From NCBI GenBank assembly GCA_963712855.1, contig CAVQJN010000002.1, positions 804,405-868,404 of the forward strand: DNA of 64,000 nucleotides. The letters run 5' to 3'. Of this stretch, positions 14,757 to 22,542 are shown one piece after another (positions within the stretch are counted from its first letter, which is position 1; the number at the start of each line of letters is the position of its first letter). A model generated the notes under the pieces. That model was not told the DNA's origin and did no database searches. It saw only the letters and a list, made by a program, of their open reading frames with translations. A program made the translations under genes and the position numbers. Source of the DNA: Thermoanaerobaculia bacterium. GTDB taxonomy: Bacteria > Acidobacteriota > Thermoanaerobaculia > Multivoradales > JAGPDF01.

Positions 14757-16985
14757 ATGTCGTCCAGCGTCCGTCTGAGCTTCCTCTCCCTTGCTCTGCT
14801 CCTCGTCCTCTTCCCGCTCACCCTGGCGAAGCCGGGCATGCCGATGGTCTTGAAGGCCGACGAGCCCGCCTACTACCTCATGGCGCTCTCGCTCGTCCAC
14901 GACCACGACCTGAAATGCGAGCTCAAGGACATCCAGCGGCTCGCGGTCGAATTTCCATACAACGACACGCGCAACCTCATCCTCGCTTCCGACGACGGCT
15001 GGAAGACCGTCTATTTCGGCAAGCCCTACCTCGTCTCGCTGCTCGTCGCACCGGCGGTCGCGGCGTTCGGCGCCGACGGCTTCGTCGCCGCGAATCTGGC
15101 GATGCTGCTGCTCGCCGTCTGGCTCGGAGCTCTCTATCTCCGGCAGTACAACCCGGACGGGCTCTCGCTGCTCTATTCGGCCGGCTTCTTCCTGCTGTCG
15201 AACGCTTTTGCGTACGCCTTCTGGCTGCACACCGAGGTGCTCTGCCTGAGCTCGGTCACCGCTTGCCTCTATCTCGCATTCACGCCGGGAAGCGAGGTAC
15301 CGCCGCGGAGCCGCTGGGGAGCGCTCTGGCGGCACGTCTGGAACGGCGGGACGCGCCCGGCATTCTCGGGCGCGGTGCTGATGGCGGCCGCCTACAACAA
15401 GCCCGTCCTGGCGCTCGTGGGGCTTCCGGCGCTCTGGCTCTTCTGGAGACGCCGCGGCCTCGCGGGCGCCGCGTCGTGGATCGGCGGAGCGGTCGTGGCC
15501 GGCGTCGCGCTCTGCGCGGTCTCCATCGCGCTCATCGGGCACCCGTCGGCCTACCTCGGGCTCGCCCGCACCGGCGTCAACGTCGGCGACTTCGACTCCA
15601 TGCCGGCGCTCCCAGTGCCCGAGGTCGCCGCGGGCGCGGCGACGGGAGTCACCGCGACCGAGGCCGCGCAGAACTCCTGGTCGTGGATCTTTTCGGCCTT
15701 CCAGCTCAACCGGAGCTTTCCGCCGAACGTCCTCTATTTCCTCGTCGGCCGCCACACCGGACTGTTGCTCTACGCGCCCTTCGTCGGCATCTCGCTGCTG
15801 CTCTTCCTCGCGTTTGCGCGACGGTCGGCCGAGCGCTGGCTTCTGCTTGCCTGTCTCGCCGGCATCGCATTCTTCTTCCTGACCTTCATCTGGTTCAACT
15901 GGCACGGCGGCGGCGGCTTCATCGGCAACCGCTACTTCGTCAACGCGGTCCCCGGCTTCCTCTTCCTGGTCACCCGGGTCCGGCCGCCTTCGGTCACCCT
16001 CGTGGGTTACGCGCTCGGCGGTCTGTTCGTCGGGGCCATCCTCTTCACGCCGTTCGGCGCCATGGTGCCGAACCCCACCCTCCAAGCACACACGCGCAAC
16101 TCACCGCTGCGATTCTTCCCGTTCGAGCGGACGCTCGAGAGCGGCATTCCGGGCTATCGTGGAACGGCGGGGTCGGCGGGAACCTGGCTCTTCGGACGCT
16201 CCGACCTCTTCCACCCGCACGGCGACGCGCTCTGGATCGCCGGGGGCGAGCCGGTCGAGATCGAGCTCCGGACGAACAAGCCGCTGCGCGATCCGGTCTT
16301 CGAAGTGTCGACGCGGCTCGCCCCCAACCGCGTGTCGGTTGCTCTCGACGGCGACCGCCGCGAGGTCGACTTCACGACCGGCTCGCCGCCAGGTAACACG
16401 ACCCGCTTCACGTTGCATCCCGGCGGGGGCACGTCGCACACGACGGTCGACGGTGACAGCTACCTCGCCTACACGCTCGAGGTGCGCGCTTCCCGACAGG
16501 ACTGGATCGTCCAGAACCAGCGCATGAACGGCAAGGACGACGAGATCGCGACACTGGTGGGGGCGATCGTCGTCTACCTCGGCGAGTCCGATGAGCTCGC
16601 AGCCGATGTCTACCGCGTCGACTGGAACGGACTGGCCGTGCCCGAGACGATGCCAGCCGATTCGCAAATCGAGATCCCGGCGCGCCTGCGCAACGCCAGC
16701 TCGGGCATCTGGCGCGCCGCGGGCGGCGCCGCGGTCTCGTTCTCGTATCACTGGATCGACGCCGCGGGGAAGACCGTCGTCCAGGACGGGCTGCGCTCGC
16801 ACTTGCCGAGCGACGTCCCTCCCCGGCGGACGACGGCGCTCGACCTCGAGATCGAGACCCCTTCGCGGCCGGGCACCTACAGGCTGGTGCTCGACGGCGT
16901 CCGTGAGCGCATCGCCTGGTTCGCCGATCGGCACCCGGGCCAGGAGCTGGTGCGGACCGTCCGGGTCGTCGCATCGGGCGGCTGA
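14757..16985 (+). CDS. Polytopic membrane protein, putative GT-C-type glycosyltransferase with a C-terminal extracytoplasmic Ig-like domain
   Basis: The ATG at 14757 lies within ORF 14214..16985. There are about 12 hydrophobic segments, an early DEPAYY-type loop, and a soluble C-terminal half. The function is inferred from architecture only. Confidence 0.55.
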   Translation: MSSSVRLSFLSLALLLVLFPLTLAKPGMPMVLKADEPAYYLMALSLVHDHDLKCELKDIQRLAVEFPYNDTRNLILASDDGWKTVYFGKPYLVSLLVAPAVAAFGADGFVAANLAMLLLAVWLGALYLRQYNPDGLSLLYSAGFFLLSNAFAYAFWLHTEVLCLSSVTACLYLAFTPGSEVPPRSRWGALWRHVWNGGTRPAFSGAVLMAAAYNKPVLALVGLPALWLFWRRRGLAGAASWIGGAVVAGVALCAVSIALIGHPSAYLGLARTGVNVGDFDSMPALPVPEVAAGAATGVTATEAAQNSWSWIFSAFQLNRSFPPNVLYFLVGRHTGLLLYAPFVGISLLLFLAFARRSAERWLLLACLAGIAFFFLTFIWFNWHGGGGFIGNRYFVNAVPGFLFLVTRVRPPSVTLVGYALGGLFVGAILFTPFGAMVPNPTLQAHTRNSPLRFFPFERTLESGIPGYRGTAGSAGTWLFGRSDLFHPHGDALWIAGGEPVEIELRTNKPLRDPVFEVSTRLAPNRVSVALDGDRREVDFTTGSPPGNTTRFTLHPGGGTSHTTVDGDSYLAYTLEVRASRQDWIVQNQRMNGKDDEIATLVGAIVVYLGESDELAADVYRVDWNGLAVPETMPADSQIEIPARLRNASSGIWRAAGGAAVSFSYHWIDAAGKTVVQDGLRSHLPSDVPPRRTTALDLEIETPSRPGTYRLVLDGVRERIAWFADRHPGQELVRTVRVVASGG

Positions 16986-17038
16986 TCGGCCGCTCACGCG
17001 CTCAGACTCTCAAAGCAGCTCCTCGATCCGCCCCGGAT

Positions 17039-17677
17039 TTACGCCGCAAGAGCCCGGACGTCGAGCTCGGCAGCCACTTCTCCCACTTCTGCGCCACCCT
17101 TGGCATTCCGCCGACCACCGGGCCGCGGGGCTCGCTGCCGATGCTCCGGGATCAGCTCCAGCGGCTCTTCGCGTCGACCTTCCAGTGCATCTTCCACGAC
17201 GAGAGCCAGTGCCGCCACGCCGGTGACGGCTTTCTGATTGCCGAGAAGCGGGAGCTCTGGTGGGACCCTCGGCCGGGGAGAGGCGAGGCGGGATGGGGGT
17301 CCCGCGTCGTCCTCTCCGACCGGTTCTACCGGGAGGCGACCGAGGCGCCGGTCCCGCTCGACCTCCGAGTGCTCCGCGCCCTGCGCTCGCCCTTCGAGAT
17401 CGACATCTACGTCTGGCTGACGTGGCGTTTCTTCCGGCTCCGCAAGCCGGTGACGATCCCGTGGACGTCGCTGGCGCTCCAGTTCGGATCGGGCTACGCG
17501 AACCCGCGGCACTTCAAGAAGCTGTTCCTCGGCTACCTGCGCGGGGTCATCGACTACTACCCCGAGGCCCGCGTCCGGCCCAGTGAGAACGGTCTCCATC
17601 TGGTGCCCTCCGCCACGCACGTGGCGCCTCGTCGTTTGGCGATGAAGCCGCGACGAGATGAGAGGCCCCAGCCAGGT
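17039..17677 (+). pseudogene. Plasmid RepA_C-type replication initiator gene fragment (5'-truncated), copy 1
   Basis: The frame of ORF 17141..18016, extended upstream, reads ...ELGSHFSHFCATLGIPPTTGPRGSLPMLRDQLQRLFASTFQCIF...PVPLDLRVLRALRSPFEIDIYVWLTWR...ANPRHFKK. From memory this is the pattern of plasmid-encoded RepA (PF04796-like) proteins. There is no N-terminal half. Similarity to copy 2 ends at 17677, and the left boundary is approximate. Confidence 0.55.
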
Positions 17678-17747
17678 CCGACTCCGACCGGAGCTAAGAT
17701 CGCCGGGTCGGCGCCGGGTCGCTCCCGGCGGCCTACGAGGAGGTCAC

Positions 17748-18461
17748 TTGGTCGAGCCCTGCGTCTCCGTCGTGCTCCCCGTCTTCAACGGCGCGCGCTT
17801 CATCGCCGCCGCGCTCGAGAGCGTGGCCGCGCAGACCGAGCCGGCCCTGGAGGCGATCGTGGTCGACGACGGGTCGACGGACGGCTCGGGCGAGATCGCG
17901 GCCCGCTGCCCCGCCGCGCGCGTCCTGCGCCAGGAGAACCGCGGCGTCTCCGCGGCGCGCAACGCCGGGATCGCCGCGGCGCGCGGCCGGTTCGTGGCCT
18001 TCCTCGACGTGGATGACATGTGGCGCCCGGAGAAGCTCGCGCGCCAGCGCGCCGCGCTCGACGCGCACCCCGAGGCCGGCTTCTCGGTCTGCAGCCAGGA
18101 GTTCATCCTCGACGAGGGCGTGGGGCGCCCGCCCTGGCTCACGCCCGATCTGCTCGCCACGCCGCGGATCTGGTACATCCCGAGCGCGCTGCTCGCGCGG
18201 AGGGAGTGCCTCGAGCGGGTCGGCGGCTTCGACGAGGGGCTCCGCCGCCTGCACGAGGACACGGACTGGTTCATACGCGCGTTCGAGGCGGGGTTCAAGG
18301 GCGCGCGCATCGACGATGTCCTCCTCGTGCGCAGGGTCCATGCCTCGAACCGGACGCTCCAGGCCGACCCTTCGCAGCGCGACCTCCTCCCCGTGATCGC
18401 CGCGTCGCTCGCCCGCCGGCGGGCTCGCGAGCGCGACCCGGGGAAGGGGGGGCCGCCCTGA
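17748..18461 (+). CDS. Family 2 glycosyltransferase
   Basis: A TTG at 17748 is preceded by GAGGAGG. VSVVLPVFNGARFIAAALESVAAQT...VVDDGSTDGS...FLDVDDMW is the classic GT2 pattern, including DxD. Confidence 0.8.
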   Translation: MVEPCVSVVLPVFNGARFIAAALESVAAQTEPALEAIVVDDGSTDGSGEIAARCPAARVLRQENRGVSAARNAGIAAARGRFVAFLDVDDMWRPEKLARQRAALDAHPEAGFSVCSQEFILDEGVGRPPWLTPDLLATPRIWYIPSALLARRECLERVGGFDEGLRRLHEDTDWFIRAFEAGFKGARIDDVLLVRRVHASNRTLQADPSQRDLLPVIAASLARRRARERDPGKGGPP

Positions 18462-18502
18462 GCCGTGACGGTCGCGGCGAGCATCCCCGCCCCTCCCCCG
18501 AC

Positions 18503-18893
18503 GCCGAGCTCCTGGGTTGGCACCCGCACCTCCACGTGCTCCTGAGCGATGGCGGCTGGCTGCCGGACGGCACCTTTCGCCACCTGCTCGCCCTCGACTC
18601 TGCCGCGATCGAGAACCTCTTCCGCGCCGAGGTGCTCCGCCTACTCGTCGAAAGAGGAAAGATCTCCGACGAGGTGGTCGACAACCTCCTCTCGTGGCGC
18701 CAGAGCGGGTTCTCGGTGCATGGCTCGGTCCGCGTCGAGGAGCGCTCCGCGGCGGTGCGCCTCGGCCGCTACGGCATTCGTTGTCCGCTCGTGCTCGAGC
18801 GACTGTCCCGGGACGGGAACTCCGGCGAAATCGTCTACCGCGCCCGCCCCGGACACCACGATCGCGCCGGCGACCCCGAGGCTCGCTGGGACA
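18503..18893 (+). pseudogene. IS91-family transposase internal fragment (copy C, diverged)
   Basis: LLGWHPHLHVLLSDGGWLPDGTFRHLL...RLGRYGIRCPLVLERL...YRARPGHHD aligns with 1718-2115 of copy A, with scattered substitutions. Homology ends at GCTCGCTGGGAC (18893). Confidence 0.8.
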
Positions 18894-19013
18894 GCTGCCG
18901 CCGGCCGAGTTTGCAGCTCTTGGGTCGCCTTCGGCTCCCGACGGACTGCAAACTCGGAAGAATCAGAAAGACCATTGAAACCTGTCGAGACTCTCAGAAT
19001 CCTTGGATCAGAG

Positions 19014-19229
19014 ATGGGGAGCAGGTCAGATTTCCTCTTCGACTTCACGATTTCGGCCGCGGAGCTCGCCGAGCGCGCGACACCTACGAGGATTCGTGCC
19101 CATCGCTTCGACGTGGCCTCCGAAGACGACCTCCTGCGCCTCAAGCAGATCGCCCGTGCGCAGATCTCCGCGCCTGGCGACCTCGTGGACATCTCGTTCC
19201 TCGAAGGGCGGCGCATGGACGTCGAGTAG
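19014..19229 (+). CDS. Small hypothetical ORF (71 aa)
   Basis: MGSRSDFLFDFTISAAELAERATPTRIRAHRFDVASEDDLLRLKQIARAQISAPGDLVDISFLEGRRMDVE. The ASEDDLLRLK...DLVDISFL tail is weakly reminiscent of the C-terminal helices of nucleotidyltransferase-fold (MNT/AbiE-like) proteins. It lies in a locally lower-GC patch. Confidence 0.25.
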   Translation: MGSRSDFLFDFTISAAELAERATPTRIRAHRFDVASEDDLLRLKQIARAQISAPGDLVDISFLEGRRMDVE

Positions 19230-19263
19230 GGCGGATCACGCTGCAGGCCGGCAAGCGAGCGCC

Positions 19264-19300
19264 GCGCTGCGAAGGAAGATGGTGGAGCAGAGGGGAGTCG
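19264..19300 (-). other. Degenerate copy of the tRNA-Ala 3' end plus downstream flank (possible relic attachment site)
   Basis: GCGCTGCGAA (19264-19273) and ATGGTGGAGCAGA (19279-19291) match 22425-22434 and 22435-22447 exactly. A 5-nt insert separates them, and 7 of the next 9 nt also match. No cloverleaf is possible. Confidence 0.5.
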
Positions 19301-19785
19301 CCATTCGCGGCGCCGTCCAGGCGCGCTCGGATCCGAATCCCTGCCGCTGCCTGGAGGTCCCGAAGGGAAGATTGGTGGACCAACTCACTCCGAGTTCGAA
19401 CACCCCTGGAGATTCGAACACCCTGGTTTCATGGCTTCGGGAAGTCGCGGCGCTGAGGCAGGCCGCATGACGGCGGCCCTGCCTCCGGTTCCCGTACGCC
19501 GTCCCCGGAGGCGCCCCAAAGGGCGCCTCGCCGGGGCCAGCGTCCCTCTCTGGCATCCGCTGCCCGGCAGCGGAGCGGAGGGGCCCAATGGCTGGAAGTA
19601 CCGCTTGGAAGTCCGCGACCCCGCAGCTCTCGTTGGCCCTCCCCTGGCGACCCGGCGTCACAGCTTCATTCGACAGATGTTGAGATCGGAGCGCGCAAGG
19701 CCAGACGCACCGGCAGCCTGATCCGGCAGGCGCTCTATCTCGACCAGGAGGACGCCTACGCCGCGGGCGAGGTCGGCTTCCGGGT

Positions 19786-20105
19786 GCTTCGCGCCCCAAC
19801 AGCCGGAGCCCCTCGCCCACGCGCCGCCCCACGACGCGGAACCCCGCCGCGCTCACGCCTGATCCGCCCGGCACGCTCCGGGTTCGCTCGAGCTCTGGCC
19901 CTCCTACGCGAGAAGAGCCGGGCAGCGGCCGTTCCACGTCCGCTGCCCGGCTCTTCTCCCAACTGAATCTACAACCCGGCGATCAGCAGCCGTTCCGAGC
20001 CTGTCCTCGGCTAGTCCTCCCGGCTCGGTCCAACTCCAAGACGCCCCCGCACCGCGAACTCTTGACGCGTGCTACGCTCGCGCCAGAAAGCAATTTCCTA
20101 CACGG
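19786..20105 (+). mobile_element. IS91-family element remnant D (last ~75 bp of the transposase gene plus ori-end module)
   Basis: CTTCGCGCCCCAACAGCCGGAGCCCCTCGCC... aligns with 2455 onward of copy A and continues through the module to CCTACACGG at 20097-20105. Confidence 0.85.
19901..20105 (+). repeat. IS91-like ori-end module, copy 4 (205 bp, with hairpin)
   Basis: The hairpin arms are at 19915-19928 and 19940-19953. The terminal CCTACACGG is followed by CTTG and then a second CCTACACGG (20110-20118). Confidence 0.9.
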
Positions 20106-20154
20106 CTTGCCTACACGGCGACGATCCGGGGTCCGATCCCGGGAGGAGACGTCG

Positions 20155-21837
20155 ATGCGAGCTCCCATCTTCCGCCGCAGCCTCGGGACCGCCACTCTGG
20201 TGGGTGTCTGTGCCCTGACCTTCGGTGGCAGCGCGCGCGCGGCGACGCGCACCGTGTGTCCCTCGGGGTGCAGCTACGCGAGCGTGCAGGCGGCGTTCGA
20301 CGCGGCGCAAGCGGGAGACGAAGTCATTCTCGCAGTCAACGGGTCCTTCATCGAGAACGGGATCGTCGCGCCGGCGATCCCGGTCGAGCTTCACGGTTTC
20401 GGGGCCTCGGTCACGAAACTGAAGGCGGCCGTTACCTACGACACCGGCGCCGGCCGAATCCTCACCGTGCCACCGGGAGGTGAGCTGACAATTCGCAACC
20501 TCGGCCTGCTCTTCGGGGATGCCGCGGGTGACGGCGGCGGCATCCTCAACAACGGCCACCTGATGCTGGATCAGGTTGACGTGCTCGGGAACAGAGCGGT
20601 CAACGGGGGAGGGATCTTCAACGCCGGGGCGCTCGAAATGGCCGGTAGCGAAGTCAATGGGTATCTCACCAGTGGCAGTGGCGGGGCGCTGTACAACGCT
20701 CCGGGCGCCAGCTTGTCGGCCTACGGATGCCGGATCCACGGAGCTGCGCTGAGCGGCGATGGCGGAGCGCTCTACAACGAAGGCACGGCTCATCTACAGC
20801 GGACGGACGTGGACTCCTCTGAGGCTCTCAACGGCGGCGGTATCGCCAACGTCGGCGGCTCGCTGACCCTCGAGGAGCTACGGCTGCTCTCGAACACCGC
20901 CCAGTCCAGTGGAGGAGGGCTCTTCCAGGACCTTCCGGCATCCCAGACCCAATTCACGCGCGGCGAGACCTCCGACAGCCACGCGGGGGCAGGAGGCGGC
21001 TGGGCGATCTTCGACGGATCCGTGACCGCGACGGTGGTCACGATCCACGACAACGACGCGAACGGCTATGGGGGCGGTATCGACATCCATGGCGGCTCCG
21101 TCCGGCTTTCCGCCGGGACGATCGCCGACAACCATGCCGGCCTGGGCGGTGGGATCTACTACTGGGGTGGGTCTGCGCCCCGTCTCGCCAACGTGACCAT
21201 GAGCGGCAACGGCGCAGACTTTCGCGGTGGCGGCATCTACGTCAAGGGAGGCAAGAACATCAAGCTGGCGTCCTGTACGGTGGCCGACAACTACGTCGAT
21301 CCGTACGACACCTATGGTGGCGACGGTGGCGGGCTCTATCTCGCCGACGACTGCGTCGGCGCCTGCGCGGTCACCCGCGCCTATGTCAAGAACACGATCG
21401 TGTCCGGCAACCACGATGGCAACTCGGGGAGCCTGGCGCGCGACTGCTGGGGCGAGATCTACTCCGATGGCTACAACCTGATCGGCGTCGCCGACAGCGG
21501 CACGCTGGCCACCTGCCATCTCGCCGGCAGCCTCACCCACGTCATGGTCGGAGTCGATCCGAAGCTGAGCTCCCTTCTCAATGACAACGGCGGCGTGCCG
21601 GTCGCGCTCGGCGGGCCGCCGCCCTTGACGCGCAAGCTGCTCGCCACCAGTCCGGCGATCGACGGTGGCGACCCGGCCGGATGCACCGACTACGATTCGG
21701 CGCCGCTCGACGCCGATGAACGGACCGCGCCGCGGGCCGGCGTCTGCGACCTGGGAGCTTTCGAGTACGGCAGCCATCCGGCCTGGAACGTGATCTTCGA
21801 GGACGGCTTCGAGAGCGGCAACCTCGACGCCTGGTGA
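20155..21837 (+). CDS. Secreted right-handed beta-helix repeat protein (polymorphic-membrane-protein/choice-of-anchor-Q-like), probably 3'-truncated
   Basis: The ATG at 20155 is preceded by GGGAGGAG, and a signal peptide (LVGVCALTFGGSARA) is present. There are many GGGI(F/L/A)N-type repeats and a CDLGAFEYG motif near the end. The protein ends ...FEDGFESGNLDAW about 15 nt before the second repA repeat begins. Confidence 0.7.
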   Translation: MRAPIFRRSLGTATLVGVCALTFGGSARAATRTVCPSGCSYASVQAAFDAAQAGDEVILAVNGSFIENGIVAPAIPVELHGFGASVTKLKAAVTYDTGAGRILTVPPGGELTIRNLGLLFGDAAGDGGGILNNGHLMLDQVDVLGNRAVNGGGIFNAGALEMAGSEVNGYLTSGSGGALYNAPGASLSAYGCRIHGAALSGDGGALYNEGTAHLQRTDVDSSEALNGGGIANVGGSLTLEELRLLSNTAQSSGGGLFQDLPASQTQFTRGETSDSHAGAGGGWAIFDGSVTATVVTIHDNDANGYGGGIDIHGGSVRLSAGTIADNHAGLGGGIYYWGGSAPRLANVTMSGNGADFRGGGIYVKGGKNIKLASCTVADNYVDPYDTYGGDGGGLYLADDCVGACAVTRAYVKNTIVSGNHDGNSGSLARDCWGEIYSDGYNLIGVADSGTLATCHLAGSLTHVMVGVDPKLSSLLNDNGGVPVALGGPPPLTRKLLATSPAIDGGDPAGCTDYDSAPLDADERTAPRAGVCDLGAFEYGSHPAWNVIFEDGFESGNLDAW

Positions 21838-21851
21838 GGCGGCAGGCCGCG

Positions 21852-22235
21852 TGGGGGTCGCACGTGGTGGTCTCCGACCGGTTCTACCGGGACGCGACCG
21901 AGGCGCCGGTCCCGCTCGACCTCCGGGTGCTCCGCGCCCTGCGCTCGCCCTTCGAGATCGACATCTACGTCTGGCTCACTTGGCGCTTCTTCCGGCTCCG
22001 CAAGCCGGTGACGATCCCGTGGGCGTCGCTGGCGCTCCAGTTCGGGTCGGGCTACGCGAACCCGAGGCACTTCAAGAAGCGGTTCCTCGGCTACCTGCGC
22101 GGTGTGATCGACGACTACCCCGGCGCCCGCGTCCGGCCCAGTGAGACCGGCCTTCAGCTCGTGCCTTCGGCCCCGCATGTGGCGCCTCGCCGTTTAGCGA
22201 TGAAGCTGCGACGAGGTGAGGGGCCCCAGCCAGGT
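21852..22235 (+). pseudogene. Plasmid RepA_C-type gene fragment, copy 2
   Basis: This 384 bp is colinear with 17294-17677 (WGSHVVVSDRFYRDATEAPVPLDLRVLRALRSPFEIDIYVWLTWR...). By eye there is roughly one substitution per 10 nt. The shared sequence ends at CCAGCCAGGT. Confidence 0.6.
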
Positions 22236-22435
22236 TGCATTCGCTTAAGGTCGTCTCAGGTTCGTCCATTTTGAGTCGTTTGAAGAAGACTGATCGATCA
22301 CCGGCTTGTCCGAACGGCTTCGAGACGGGCGGCCTGTTGCGCTGGAGCAGCGACTCGAACTGAGGAAATCGAGTCTGCGAGCCGGCGGGCTCGTCTCTCG
22401 GGCGTTTGCTGCGTGCTGACGAAGGCGCTGCGAAA

Positions 22436-22511
22436 TGGTGGAGCAGAAGGGATTCGAACCCTCGACCCCCACGTTGCGAACGTGGTGCTCTCCCAGCTGA
22501 GCTACTGCCCC
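22436..22511 (-). tRNA. tRNA-Ala(CGC): tRNA-Ala (anticodon CGC), CCA encoded
   Basis: The reverse complement folds by hand into a 76-nt cloverleaf: acceptor GGGGCAG/CTGCTCC with the G3:U70 alanine identity pair, D stem GCTC/GAGC, anticodon stem CCACG/CGTGG with loop TTCGCAA, and T arm GAGGG-TTCGAAT-CCCTT. Confidence 0.95.
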
Positions 22512-22542
22512 ACCGGCTGCTCGAGCGAGCAGGCGAGCGAGT

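Noticed and set aside
19395-19423. Direct repeat TTCGAACACCC x2 (19395-19405 and 19413-19423), resembling tRNA T-arm sequence; a possible second tRNA fragment or pseudo-tRNA.
   Set aside because: No acceptor, D or anticodon arms can be drawn around either copy. TTCGAA is a short palindrome that can recur by chance.
19431-19721. ORF 19431..19721(+) and the overlapping ORF 19236..19937(-) in the patch between the tRNA-like relic and IS91 remnant D.
   Set aside because: Both translations are Arg/Pro/Gly-rich with no motif, RBS or start context. The region is more likely non-coding debris.
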